In this document: piece by piece, positions 47,846-58,387 of the stretch
Numbering within the stretch: the first letter of the stretch is position 1
Layout of the letters: every line of letters begins with the position of its first letter
Assembly: GCA_963846445.1 (NCBI GenBank)
Contig: CAWJWM010000004.1
Location: forward strand, 59,879-123,878
From: an uncultured Verrucomicrobiae bacterium
GTDB taxonomy: Bacteria; Verrucomicrobiota; Verrucomicrobiia; Limisphaerales; J093
Direction of reading: 5' to 3'
Length of the DNA stretch: 64,000 nucleotides
The notes under the pieces: model-generated
Databases searched by the model: none
Seen by the model: only the letters and a program-made list of their open reading frames with translations
Told to the model about the DNA's origin: nothing
Position numbers and translations under genes: made by a program

Positions 47846-49246
47846 TGGTCATCGGCGGCGGTCCGGGCGGTTACCCGGCCGCCATTCGCGCCGCCCAACT
47901 GGGCGCCTCGGTCGCGCTCGTCGAAAAGGAACACGTCGGCGGCACGTGTCTGAACTGGGGCTGCATCCCCACCAAGACGCTGATCGCGTCAGCCGAGCTG
48001 TTCCATCGGATGCGCCACGCCGAGGCGCTGGGCTTGAAGGCCGGCCCGGTGTCGTTCGACTACGAAACCCTCTGCCAGCGCAAGAACGAGATCGTCGAGA
48101 AACTGCGCGGCGGCGTCCAGCAACTGCTCAAGGCCAACGGCGTGAAGGTGTTCGAGGGAACGGGCTCGTTCGCCGCATCGAATCACATTGCTGTGACGGG
48201 CCGGAGTGGCGCGACCATGATCGAGGCCCGCCGGACAATCATCGCCACAGGCTCGGAATCCGCCATGCCCGGGTTCCTGCCCGCGTCGCCCGCCATCGTC
48301 GAGAGCCGGCGTTTCTCGAACTGCGCTCTCTGCCGCCGCGGCTGATCGTCCTGGGCGGCGGCGTGATCGGCTGCGAGTTCGCCTGCATGGCGGCGCAGCT
48401 CGGAGTGGCGGTGACGGTCGTCGAGTTGCTCGATGACATTCTGATCATGGTCGACCGGACGGCCCGGCAGAGCTGCGCCGGCACATGGAGGGCGCCCTCA
48501 AGATCCGCATTCTCACGGGCAAGCCGCTCGAGAACATCCGGGCCGGCAAGCAAGAGGTCAGCGGTCAGTTCGGCGACGAAACCCTGACAGCCGAGCTTCT
48601 GCTGGTGTCCGTCGGGCGTCGCCCGGTGACGCAGGGTTTGGACCTGGACAAGGCCGGACTCGAAGCCACCGCCAAAGGCTCGATCCCGGTCGACGGGTTC
48701 GGTCGCACCCGCGTCTCGACCGTCTTCGCCATCGGCGATGTGACCGACGGCAGCACGCAGCTGGCCCACGCGGCCACGGCCCAGGGCATCACCGCGGCCG
48801 AGAACGCGCTGCGCCACCCGCTGCGCAAAGCCGAGCGCCTGGTGCCGGCCTGCATCTTCACGTCGCCGGAGATCGGCAGCGTCGGCCTCACCGAGGAGCA
48901 GGCCAAGGCCGCCGGACGCAACACCCGAACGGGCAAATACTCGTTTGCCGCGCTGGGGCAAGCCATGGCCGCAGGCGAGACGTCGGGCTTCGTGAAATGG
49001 GTGGTCGATGCGGACACGGATCAGCTGCTGGGCGCGCACGCGGTCGGCCCGCACGCCACCGAGCTGATTGCCGAGGCGGCCGTCGCCATCCGCGCCGAAC
49101 TCACCGCCGAGGAACTGGGCCGGACGATTCACTGCCATCCGACGCTCGGCGAGGCCTGGATGGAAGCCGCCCACGCCGTGCACGGCCACTGCATCCACGC
49201 CGCCCCGCGCCGGAAGGCCTCCGACCGCTCGGCGAAGACCACCTGA
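47827..49246 (+). CDS. lpdA: dihydrolipoyl dehydrogenase (E3); 2 frameshifts at ~48320 and ~48470
   Basis: [12 protein letters not shown]; GGTCLNWGCIPTK; GGGVIGCEFA; AIGDV; HCHPTLGE. Confidence 0.85.
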
Positions 49247-49303
49247 ACACGCAGCACACAAACTTGACTCGTCTACACCAAGTTTCGCCGGTCACGGATT
49301 CTC
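49247..49303 (+). repeat. partial module D
   Basis: ACGCAGCACACAAACTTGACTCGTCTACACC...GGTCACGGATTC; compare 40070-40122. It contains the TGA stop of the convergent gene 49292-50452. Confidence 0.65.
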
Positions 49304-50452
49304 GCGCACCGGGAACTGTCGCAGCAGGGCCGCCGTCGCCGCGGTCATGCCCTGACCGTAGCGGGCGGGATCGAGGACCTTGAAGCGGTGGATCGTCTTC
49401 GCGTCCGGGGCAGGACCGTACTGGATGACTGCCTCGTCGCTGATGCGGACATCGACTTTCTCGAAGGCGAACAGGAGGCCGGAAGGCTGTCGGCCAGTCG
49501 ATGCCGGCGCGAGATCGACGAATCGCGCGCCTTTCTCCGGATCGAAGGCCACCCCTTGGTCCGCCAACGTGACGAACACCGCCGTGCACCACAGGTTCCG
49601 CTGCATCCCGAAAAGCCGGGCGCGAGACGCGGCGTCGACGGCCTCCGCCAGGAAGGCCAGCGGATCCGTCGTCTTTTTATCGATCGCATAAAGGAAGAAC
49701 TGCACCAGGCCGGGTGGCGCAGAGGCGAGCAGTTCGGCGTGGCTCGCCTGCCAGAACGAGGCGGAGCCCCGGTTTTGCCACGGTCCTCCGTCGAAACAGG
49801 GGACCCAATAGACCGGCAGGCCCGACCGCATGAGCCCGATGAAGGCCTGGGGATCGAGCCCGACGTTATGCTCCCGGAAGTCCGCCTTCGAGGCTTCGCC
49901 GATGAAGCACAAGACGCGGCGGATCTGCCGCCGACAGAGAGCGGGCTCGCGATGAAAGGCTGCCACGACGTCCCGGACGCTGCCCACGGTGACCAGAGCA
50001 ACCGGCTTGGGCGAAGATTCGAGCGTGTCGAGGATCAGCCGAACGCCCTGCTGTCCGTCTTCGTCCTGATCGAGGGCCTTGTCTTCGGGCGATTCGAGCT
50101 TCTCCGGCAAACCAACAGCCACGGGCACGCGACGTCCGGTGAGTCGATCGAGTTGAGACACCGGGATTCGGCCCGGTTGCCGCCTCTGGATGGCGCCTTG
50201 GTCGAGGACGATGCCTTTGAGTTCAATGCCGCGGATCGCATGGAGCACTGCCAGATCGAAATGATCGTCCGGGTCGTCATGCGGATGGAAGAGATCCGTC
50301 GAGTAGAGGACGGGCTGGCCCGCCTGGGGACTCAGAGTGAGCAGAAACAGGGAGGTCAAGGCCAGGCAACGCAGAACGGTCCAGGCAGTGACCACGAACG
50401 ACTCGAATGACACGAATCCGAACCGTCTCTTGGTTGGCGTGATTCGTTTCAT
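49292..50452 (-). CDS. inosine/uridine-preferring nucleoside-hydrolase-like protein with N-terminal anchor
   Basis: TM/signal segment, then STDLFHPHDDPDDHFDLAVL (Asp cluster of the IUNH type). Only the C-terminal 387 codons of ORF 49292-51124 are taken as real. Confidence 0.5.
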   Translation of the reverse strand: MKRITPTKRRFGFVSFESFVVTAWTVLRCLALTSLFLLTLSPQAGQPVLYSTDLFHPHDDPDDHFDLAVLHAIRGIELKGIVLDQGAIQRRQPGRIPVSQLDRLTGRRVPVAVGLPEKLESPEDKALDQDEDGQQGVRLILDTLESSPKPVALVTVGSVRDVVAAFHREPALCRRQIRRVLCFIGEASKADFREHNVGLDPQAFIGLMRSGLPVYWVPCFDGGPWQNRGSASFWQASHAELLASAPPGLVQFFLYAIDKKTTDPLAFLAEAVDAASRARLFGMQRNLWCTAVFVTLADQGVAFDPEKGARFVDLAPASTGRQPSGLLFAFEKVDVRISDEAVIQYGPAPDAKTIHRFKVLDPARYGQGMTAATAALLRQFPVRENP

Positions 50453-50500
50453 TCGTGGTGCATGGTTCCTGGGCAGGTCGGACATGCGTTGGCCGATCTC

Positions 50501-50655
50501 CATGAACCTCGACACGGAAAGCGGCGCTGAAGCGCCCGCACTCTCACGTAGCGCGGGACTTCGCGCTCTCGACTGCGGGTGGCAAGGTCGCGAAGCGCTT
50601 GGAGTGCGGCGGTTTACCGCCGCTTTAGGTTCACGGCCACTGAGCAGTTCAACAA
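50501..50655. repeat. module E repeat copy
   Basis: CATGAACCTCGACACGGAAAGCGG...GGAGTGCGGCGGTTTACCGCCGCTTTAGGTTC..CCACTGAGCAGTTCAA matches 14876-15020. It contains the stop of gene 50649-51137. Confidence 0.8.
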
Positions 50656-51137
50656 GGAACATCTGGCTTCTTTTCATTCGTTGGGGCCGGCGCCGAAGCA
50701 GGGCCCAGTTGCCTGACGAGTCGGGCAACGACTTCCACGGCGGCAGGAATGCCTCTTTGGGCCGCGGCGGAAAGCGGCTGTCCGAGTTCGGTTGACTCGA
50801 TCTGCACCTTGACAAGCCAGGCGGCCGGGCACCGCCCGAACACGGCCTGGGCCAGAGCCAGCAGCGACTCGGGATCGCTCGTGTGTCCCAGGGGCCGACG
50901 CAGGTCAACCGGGCGACATGGCGTGACCTCGACTTGCCCGGGCGGGCCGTCCAGGGCGGCATCGACGAAAATGGCGGTGTCGGACTGGGACACCATTTCG
51001 GCAAGCTCGGGGGTGAGTCCTGCAGCGCCGTGCACGCGCGTGTCCGGCAGGTTGAACGCCGCCAGGGCTGCGGCCACCCGCGGCCCGACGGCGTCGTCGC
51101 CGCGCAGTTCGTTGCCATAACCAATCACAAGAATCAT
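50649..51137 (-). CDS. hydrogenase maturation endopeptidase (HyaD/HybD/HoxW, peptidase A31) homologue
   Basis: MILVIGYGNELRGDDAVGPRVA...AIFVDAA...LGHTS. These match the GNxxxxDD, D and H metal-ligand positions of the family. No hydrogenase genes are in the window. Confidence 0.7.
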   Translation of the reverse strand: MILVIGYGNELRGDDAVGPRVAAALAAFNLPDTRVHGAAGLTPELAEMVSQSDTAIFVDAALDGPPGQVEVTPCRPVDLRRPLGHTSDPESLLALAQAVFGRCPAAWLVKVQIESTELGQPLSAAAQRGIPAAVEVVARLVRQLGPASAPAPTNEKKPDVPC

Positions 51138-51152
51138 AGGAGAAAGAGAATA

Positions 51153-54100
51153 TTATCCCGGGGCTGACGGCAACTGCGGTTTGGCCGACTGGCGCCGGAG
51201 TCGGCCCACCAGGGTGGGCAGCGAGTCGTAGCGATCGAGGCGCAGGCCCACGGCGCCCCCGCCCGGATGCGCCTCGACGAACTCAGGGTCGGGAGCGAGC
51301 CCGAACCGGCGGTAAAAGGCGCGCCGGATGAACTCCTTGACTTCATGCACGTCGGCCTTGTGCCGATCCACATGGACTTGAAAGAAGTCGCCTTGTCCGG
51401 CGGCGTTCACGCGCACAGCGACGGCGTCCGAGCCGAAAGCGCGTTTGAGCATGGCCTCGGCCAGATCGATCAAGGCCAGTCCGCGAAAGAAATTCGATCC
51501 TTCGAGTCGATGGAACTGGGGCGGCGCCGTTGCCGACAGCGTGTCGTCATCGAGTCCGCGGTTGAAGTCGAACGGGGTGGCGCTGAACCGATCCAGCCAC
51601 AGGTCGAGTCGAGCGGGGCCGGCCACGCCGGCTTCCCACGGCAGGGGCGTCTCCATGGTGTCGCGGCGTGGGAGGACCTGCGGGTCTAGATCCACGCAGC
51701 GGTCGCCGCGCTGGGAGGCCGTGACGCAATCGATCCACTCGTCCGGGTGATGGATGAGGCGGAAGTTCTTTGCCGTTTCGCCGAAGAGGTACGCCACTGT
51801 TGCCCGGAGCGGGAGTCCTTCTTCGGAGACGATCGCGCCTGAGGGGGTGGCGCGTCGCAGCACCGGGTCGCGCCAACCGGCGAGGAGCCCTGTGATGTAT
51901 GTTTGAAACCTGTTGCGCGCCGCCGTGATGCTGAAGCGCTCCCGGCGCAGCCACTCCGCGACGAGCCAATCGCGGTGTGTTTCGAGTTGTGAACGCAGTT
52001 CGGCCTGCCGGATGCGAAGCGGCAGTCGCCGGAGGATCGACGCGACCCGGCGCGCGCCGGTCGGGCTCAGGGCTCCTGCCTGCAGAAGTTCGTCCTCGAT
52101 CAACTGGAAGAAATCCTGGTCCAGAGGCAGGCGTGTCAGCAGGGCGGCGATCTCGGCTGATTTGCCGGTCATTTTGCGCATCTCGCCCGCCGTGAGATGC
52201 CCGGGAGCGGGCGTCTGGGCATACGCGCCCCACGACCAGCGCCACGCCTCGCGGTCGCGCGCGACGCTGCACGGAAACAGAATCTGGATGCGCTCCGTGG
52301 GCACGGGAAAGACGTGAAACGGACGATAGTTGTCGCGCGGGTTTGACGAGATCAATGTGCCCAGTCCTGCCTTGCCGGTCTGTTCTGTGGCCTGGTCGAG
52401 CGAGCCGGCGCGCACGCCGGTTCCGTATTCGGCCTGACAGGCCACGCGCACCAGGACCTCGGGAGCGAGCGCGAAACCGTAGAGGGCATCGAGCGCGTTC
52501 AGGGTGGCCACGGTGACGGCGGAGGAACTCGAGAAGCCGCCTTCGGGGATATTGCCGGTGGTCACAATGCGCGAACCGCGGAAGCCCGCTCGCCCGAGGC
52601 TTGCCTGGATCTTGGCACCGACTTTGCCGGCGCGCACCGTGCGAAGCGAGGCGAGGGCATTGGCCACCAACGGCCACGGCCGGCGCAGATTGGCGCTCAG
52701 CCATTGTGAGGGTTCTGAGCGCGGTTTGCCGCACGCGTCGGGCTGCCGCGCCTCATCATCCGCCATATAGCCCTGCAAGCGGAGCAAGGCCTCGCTCATC
52801 CGCGTGCCGAAAGCTTCGTAGGCGCCCGGGTCAACCACGTCCTCGCCCGGATACATGGCGTCGAAGTCCGCCGGGATTGCGCTCAAACGCTCCTGGTACT
52901 TCGGTTCGAGCGGATGGAGGCGGATGTGCCCGTCGTCAGCCGCCTGAACCAGCATCACAATTTGTTCGCTGCCACCGGCGTCTCCGGCGCCCATGGGCAT
53001 TTGCCATGCCGGCCCGTAGAATCGGGCCATGTCCGGGTGCATGAACGCAATGCGCAGTCGGCCGCCGGCGATACCGATCGCCACGGGGCGATCTGCGACA
53101 AAGCCAAGCTGTTCCCGGGCGACCAGATCGAGGAGCGCTTCGAGTTGACGGGCAATCGCGGCGATCTGGCCGGGGGGGCGATCGGCAGTCACCGTGCGCA
53201 GGGCGTTTCGCGGCGCATCCGACGCCGGGCGGGATGTCGGTCGGGCAGGCGGCAGGGGTCGATCGCCTCGATGCCGGCCCAGCCGGTGATCGAGACCGTC
53301 CGCTTTCGCGAGGGCAACCTCTAAGCGCTGCAGATCGGCAGGACGCGTCACGTCGGCACAGAGCACGTCGTGCTCGGGGTCTGCCGTCGAGGTTGTGATC
53401 GTGCGAATGACGCCGCCCTTGCGACTGATGGCTTCGATCATGTCCGTGAGGTAGTACTGCTGCTGGGCATTGGCGTTGGTCAGTGGCGCCAGCGCGCGGT
53501 AGAGGGTGTCCGCCCGCACGGCATAGAGAGGGCAGTTGCCTTCGAGCAACCCGTCCAACCGCCTGCGTTCGGCGGGCTCCGATACAGCATCGATGTCGCC
53601 CTGCTCGACGATCCGCTGGACGTGTCCGGTCTCATCACGAACGACCCGTCCTTTGCCCTGGTGATGCGGAGGGGCGTAGAGGGCGGTCAGAAAGGTCAGG
53701 TCCGCCTCCTGCGGGGGAGCGGCGTGCGTTTCGATCAGGCGTCGAAACACCGAGGTGGGCACGATGCGATCGCCCATCGTGATCATCAACAGCGGGTTGG
53801 CGTCTCTCAGCGCCGGGATGCTGAAGGCCTCGAACGCAGCGAAGGCCGTGCCTCCGGCGGGATGCTCGGAGCGGACATAGAGGTTATCGGTTCCCAGGGC
53901 GCGGCTGACGATTTCGTGCTGGTAGCCGACCAGGCAAACGACCGGCGCGGGCTGGAATCGCCGCAGGGCGTCGATCGAGTGACGGGCCAGCGGGCGGCCG
54001 CGAACCGGCTGGATACACTTGGGTTCAGTCCCGAACCGGGTCCCTTTTCCTGCCGCCAGGACAACGAGCACCGGCACGTCACTGCCCACGATCGGTGCCC

Positions 54101-54221
54101 TGCCCCGCCATGACGCTAAAACCTCCGGATTCAGCACCTTGTCGGACGCGAGTCGCGCGGTGTCGACCAGGCGACAGGCTGGAGCCGGCATCTGGACCCG
54201 CCATCGAGGTTGATTCGTCAT
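51153..54221 (-). CDS. bifunctional-type protein: N-terminal sugar-phosphate nucleotidyltransferase plus C-terminal GHMP (galactokinase-like) kinase; Fkp-like architecture
   Basis: VLVVLAAGKGTRFG...KCIQPV.GRPL (NTP-transferase signature). GNIPEGGFSSSSAVTVATLNAL (GHMP motif II). 1022 aa, intact. Confidence 0.65.
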   Translation of the reverse strand: MTNQPRWRVQMPAPACRLVDTARLASDKVLNPEVLASWRGRAPIVGSDVPVLVVLAAGKGTRFGTEPKCIQPVRGRPLARHSIDALRRFQPAPVVCLVGYQHEIVSRALGTDNLYVRSEHPAGGTAFAAFEAFSIPALRDANPLLMITMGDRIVPTSVFRRLIETHAAPPQEADLTFLTALYAPPHHQGKGRVVRDETGHVQRIVEQGDIDAVSEPAERRRLDGLLEGNCPLYAVRADTLYRALAPLTNANAQQQYYLTDMIEAISRKGGVIRTITTSTADPEHDVLCADVTRPADLQRLEVALAKADGLDHRLGRHRGDRPLPPARPTSRPASDAPRNALRTVTADRPPGQIAAIARQLEALLDLVAREQLGFVADRPVAIGIAGGRLRIAFMHPDMARFYGPAWQMPMGAGDAGGSEQIVMLVQAADDGHIRLHPLEPKYQERLSAIPADFDAMYPGEDVVDPGAYEAFGTRMSEALLRLQGYMADDEARQPDACGKPRSEPSQWLSANLRRPWPLVANALASLRTVRAGKVGAKIQASLGRAGFRGSRIVTTGNIPEGGFSSSSAVTVATLNALDALYGFALAPEVLVRVACQAEYGTGVRAGSLDQATEQTGKAGLGTLISSNPRDNYRPFHVFPVPTERIQILFPCSVARDREAWRWSWGAYAQTPAPGHLTAGEMRKMTGKSAEIAALLTRLPLDQDFFQLIEDELLQAGALSPTGARRVASILRRLPLRIRQAELRSQLETHRDWLVAEWLRRERFSITAARNRFQTYITGLLAGWRDPVLRRATPSGAIVSEEGLPLRATVAYLFGETAKNFRLIHHPDEWIDCVTASQRGDRCVDLDPQVLPRRDTMETPLPWEAGVAGPARLDLWLDRFSATPFDFNRGLDDDTLSATAPPQFHRLEGSNFFRGLALIDLAEAMLKRAFGSDAVAVRVNAAGQGDFFQVHVDRHKADVHEVKEFIRRAFYRRFGLAPDPEFVEAHPGGGAVGLRLDRYDSLPTLVGRLRRQSAKPQLPSAPG

Positions 54222-54237
54222 GGCGGCGCGTGCGCGG

Positions 54238-57226
54238 TTATCGGACCGTCACGTCGGGGCGTCTCGAGGCGGGGGTGACGCGCAGCAACTCCAGCTTGCC
54301 GTCGCGGTAGACGCCTTCGACCACGGTCTGCTGCGGGGCGTGGAGCTTGAACTCGACGTCCCAGTCCTTCGGCCAGGCGGGCAGGAGGAAGATCTGCGGC
54401 CCGTCGGTCTGCAGCAGCATGGCCTGAAAGGTCTTCATCAGCACGCCGCCGTGGTCCTGGTCGGGCGTCCAGTCGTAGTTCGGCCCCCAGAAGGCCGGGA
54501 ACCGCTCGTTGCGATCGTGGCTCCGCGCGCGGCCGACGACGTACTTGCGGGCGTCCTCGGCCAGGCCGAGGTAGGCCATGAAGATGTCGTCCTGCCGCCA
54601 GCCGCAATTGCCGCGGTCCCAGCGGTGGCGCAGCGCCTCGAGCGCCCCACTCGGGGTTGGGCCGGTTGAAGGCGACCAGGCGGAAGGGGAACACGGCGTA
54701 GAGCTCCGGGTTCTCGATGTTGCGTTTCTGGTCGAAGATCTCGGCCGGCGCGAGGGCCTTCTCGCCCGTCGACCTCGCGGAGCGGCAAGCGGCGGCAGCT
54801 TGTCGCGCAGACGCTGCCAGAGAGCTCGCGCTCGGCGGCCGGCGCGAGCTCGGCCGGCAGGGCGAGGAGCCGTTCGGTGACGGCGATGCAGCCGGCCAGT
54901 TCGGGCATGGGGTTGGTGCAGTCCCACCAGGTCTCCAGCGCCTGCGAGGGGTGCATCACGAGCTTGCCCTGCGCGTCGGTGGGGTAGTGCTGGTCGAAGA
55001 AGGTCAGGATCTCGCGGCGAAAGGGCAGCGCGGTCTGGCGCAGGAACGTCGCGGTCGAGCGTGTGCTCGTAGTAGTCGAGCATCATCCAGCAGAGTTCGA
55101 GGCCGCCGACCCATTCCCACTTGTGCCAGCCGCTTTCCTGGAGCTTGTCGGTCCGCTGCTCGAAGGGCGTCCAGCCGTAGGTCTCGCTGAAGATCGCGCC
55201 CCAGAAGTAGATGCACTCCGGGTAGAAGGCGCCGTCGTGGCCGAGGTAGAGCCGCGTGCGGTACTTGCACAGCGGCAGCAGCTCGTCCGCGTACATGCGG
55301 AAGAGCGGACGCTGCAGGTCGAAATCGCCGGACGCGCACAGGCTGATGTAGGGCAGCCGCGTGTTCTGCCACCAGTAGCCCGGCCCCCAGCGGCGGTAGT
55401 CGGGATCCGCCTCGGTCGGGCCAGGCGGGACGGTGAAGAGCGAGCCGTTGAACTTGATCGGATAGGCGCCGCGCCCGGCGCAGGCGGTGATGAACCGCTG
55501 GAGGTGATACATCTGGCTGACGTACGCGGCTTCGTCGCGCACGGCGACGCCGCTGTCGCCCGCCGCCAGCTTGCCGTTCACGTACAGCCGGCAGCCGCCC
55601 GCGACCGGGTCGGCGACGGCCGCCACGTGCGTCCAGCGGTCGGCCGGCAGCGCGTTCGCTTGCTGCAGGACCGTCTCGCCGCAGATGAACCGCAGGCTGT
55701 TGCCGGGAAGCGTGTCGAGGAGGAAACCGTCGCTGCCGCCCGGCGTGATCTTGTCGACGATCCGCGCGCCGCCGCCGGCCAAAGCTCCGCGGCTTGACCC
55801 ACGACTTCGATGGTGAAGCCGGAGGCGAAATCCCAGCCGCGGAGACTCTTCGAGAGTCGGCTGGAACACGGTTGGTGCTCGTCGGCCACGGGACGGTGCC
55901 GGCGGGCGAGACAGCCGAGGCGCTTGCCCCGGGGTCGTCGGCCCCGCTCGGCGGGGTTCCCCTTCGCCAGCGACGCGATGGCTGCGTCGTCGAGGGCATT
56001 CGGGAAGAGGCTCACCCGTCCGAACTCGCCCGCGAACCGGTTCTCGCCGTGCTGGTCGAATCCGAGGCGGACCGGGTGATGGTTTGTGGGCACGACCATC
56101 GCGAACGACGCCGCGCGCCGCGGGCATTGCCCGAAGCGCGGATCCAACTGCGCTCCCAGAAATCGCGCCCACCAGCGTTCGTGAGCCGCCCGCCGCGCGG
56201 CGAAATCCTCCGCTTCGACCCGCCGGACCGTGGTCTCGCATCGCTTCGCAGCCAATCGTTCGGGCGTCGAGGGATGGCGCGTCAGCACGAACACGCTGAA
56301 ACGATGCGACGTGCCGCGGCGGCGAACGGAGGTGTCGATCGTCGAGGCGCTGGCCGTTGGCGGCGGTGATCACCGCGCCGAACGTGCGGTGCAGCAGCGG
56401 ATCCGGCTGCGGAAAACCGGTCAGGCCTTGGACTTCGGCCAGCAGTTGCGGGCCGACCGACTTGACGTTGTGGTGAAACCAGCCGACGCGATCGCGCAGG
56501 CCGGTCAGCAGGGTGTCGGGTTCGACGATCATCGGCGCCTGCCGCTGATCGGCGCGCCGGCGATTCAGCAGGACGTCGCTGATTTGGAGTTCGGCCAATT
56601 CGCATTGATTTGTCCGCCACAGCTCGATGCAAGCCGTCGCTTCGAGGGGCGTTGCGCTCTCGCGCGGTCACGTGGATGACCGGGTGGTTAGCGTCCACCC
56701 AGAGGCCAATCGTGCGACCGGTTGCTCGATGCGGGATGCTCCAGGCGGAATGCCCCCGGTAGAAGGCGCGCCGATCGTGATCTCCAGTCCGCCTTCGCGC
56801 AGGTTGAGTTCCTGGCGGAACGCCGCGCCCGGCAGAATCGGGTTCGGCTCGAAGTGGACCCGCACCTTGCCGACCTTGACGAGACGGGCGTTGTCGTCCC
56901 AGGCGTCGGTCTTGCCGATGTAGAAATGGAGATCGCCGTCTGCGGTCATCCAGGCGTTCAGGGCGATGTCGCCGTTGCCCAGCGGCATCGAACCGTGGTG
57001 ATCCACGACTCGGCGAGTCCCAGATGACGTTGTAGCAGTCTGGGGCGGGCACCGAAGGCGGCAGCGCGGCAGACGCCCCCGACAAACCGATGGCCAGGAC
57101 CAGCGCGAGAGCGGTTTGCCACCGGCGCCCAGGGCCTCCGATCCAATTGCCCCGTGAACCGGCTGGGGGGAGTCGAGAGTCGAGAGTCGAGAGTCGAGAG
57201 TTGGACGTTCGATGTTTCTGGTTCAT
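54238..57226 (-). CDS. secreted glycoside-hydrolase-like protein (DUF5703-type N-terminus, LamG-like insert, (alpha/alpha)6-like C-terminal part); at least 5 frameshifts
   Basis: MPLGNGDIALNAWMTADGDLHFYIGKTDAWDDNARLVKVGKVRV; LamG-like LRFICGETVLQQANALPADRWTHVAAVAD; YWWQNTRLPY; WHKWEWVGGLELCWMMLDYYEH. Confidence 0.6.
57171..57200. repeat. heptanucleotide tandem repeat (AGTCGAG) x4.3
   Basis: Read directly from the sequence. It lies in codons ~9-18 of the gene starting at 57226 (minus strand CTCTCGA x4). Confidence 0.9.
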
Positions 57227-57309
57227 GGTTTTGATGCGTAATAAATCACAGAGTCTCGACACTCCTCATGAACCGGGAGGTGCTCCTCATCGTAATCCTA
57301 AATCTCCCT

Positions 57310-58377
57310 TCATCGTGCGCTCAATTCCGCCAGGTAATTGCCGTAGGCGAGCAACAGCACGGCGCCTACCAGAACCGCCAGCGCGAAGCCGATTGTCGTG
57401 TGCGTCACGCGCCGGCAGGCGCGCCACTCGCGAAGGGCGACCCCCACCAGGTTGCTGAACAACACCAGCATGATCATGTGAATCGCCCAGCTCGTGAATT
57501 TGTAGGCGCCCATCCGAACGTGCCCCAGATTGTAGAAGAAGAACTGGCTGTACCAGAACAGACCGGTCACCGCCGCCAGGATGAAGTTGACCGGCAGCCG
57601 TGCCTTTTCGGGGCCCGGCGCCAACTCGATCAGTTCGCGGAGCGTCTTGTGTCGGACGTGCAGATAGAGGCAGTAGAGGGCCGTGGTCAGGAATGCCCCG
57701 GTGTTCGAGAAGATGTAGACCACATTGCCGCGCCACACGCCGGCGCCGTGCGCCGACGCGACATCTGCGATCGGCTCACCGGCTTCCAGGGCGAAGCCGT
57801 AGACCGCGGAGAGCACGCCCGCCAGCAGGGACAGCAGCAGACCGTTCATCAGCGAGAATTCGCTGTGGTCCTGCTGGGCGCTGAGGTCGCGCTCCTTCAA
57901 GCGTCCGGCCCAACCTGCCAATCCTATGCCCAAGGTGCCCACCACCAGGCCCAACACGACCCAGTCCGCGCCCGGCTTGGCCAGGGTGACCGTCAGCGTG
58001 CCTCGCACCAAGGGCGGGATGAGCGTGCCGAGAACGCTCGATAGCCCGACCGCAATCGCATACGTCAGCGAGAACCCAATGTAGCGGATCGAGATGCCGA
58101 ACGCCGTGCCCCCGATGCCGTACGCCGCGCCCAGCAAAAACGAATGCAGCATGGCATCGCGCGGGGCTGCCCGCAGGACGGCGCCCAGGTCGGGGATGGT
58201 CAGCCACGCGCCAATCACCGGCAGCAGGAACCAGCAAAACGCCGCCTGCGTGAGCCAGTACGTCTGCCACGACCAGCGTTTGATGCGCTTTTGCGGTGTG
58301 TAACAGGTCGCCGCAAAGAACGCGCCGACCCCATGCAACAGCACGCCGAGGAGCGGATTGGCGGGGATCGTTGTCAT
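57310..58377 (-). CDS. rhaT: L-rhamnose/proton symporter family transporter
   Basis: About 10 TM segments. Colinear with E. coli RhaT: KRIKRWSWQTYW, GRLKER, FWYSQFFFY..GH, LREW. Confidence 0.85.
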   Translation of the reverse strand: MTTIPANPLLGVLLHGVGAFFAATCYTPQKRIKRWSWQTYWLTQAAFCWFLLPVIGAWLTIPDLGAVLRAAPRDAMLHSFLLGAAYGIGGTAFGISIRYIGFSLTYAIAVGLSSVLGTLIPPLVRGTLTVTLAKPGADWVVLGLVVGTLGIGLAGWAGRLKERDLSAQQDHSEFSLMNGLLLSLLAGVLSAVYGFALEAGEPIADVASAHGAGVWRGNVVYIFSNTGAFLTTALYCLYLHVRHKTLRELIELAPGPEKARLPVNFILAAVTGLFWYSQFFFYNLGHVRMGAYKFTSWAIHMIMLVLFSNLVGVALREWRACRRVTHTTIGFALAVLVGAVLLLAYGNYLAELSAR

Positions 58378-58387
58378 TTCGAGGCGT

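Noticed and set aside
49292-51124. 610-aa ORF as a single gene
   Set aside because: Its N-terminal 220 codons are an off-frame read across the protease homologue and a module E repeat. Only the 387 codons from the Met at 50452 are coherent.
50649-54221. Presence of a hydrogenase operon implied by the maturation-protease homologue
   Set aside because: None of the neighbouring ORFs has hydrogenase large-subunit, small-subunit or Hyp motifs. The neighbours are sugar-metabolism genes.
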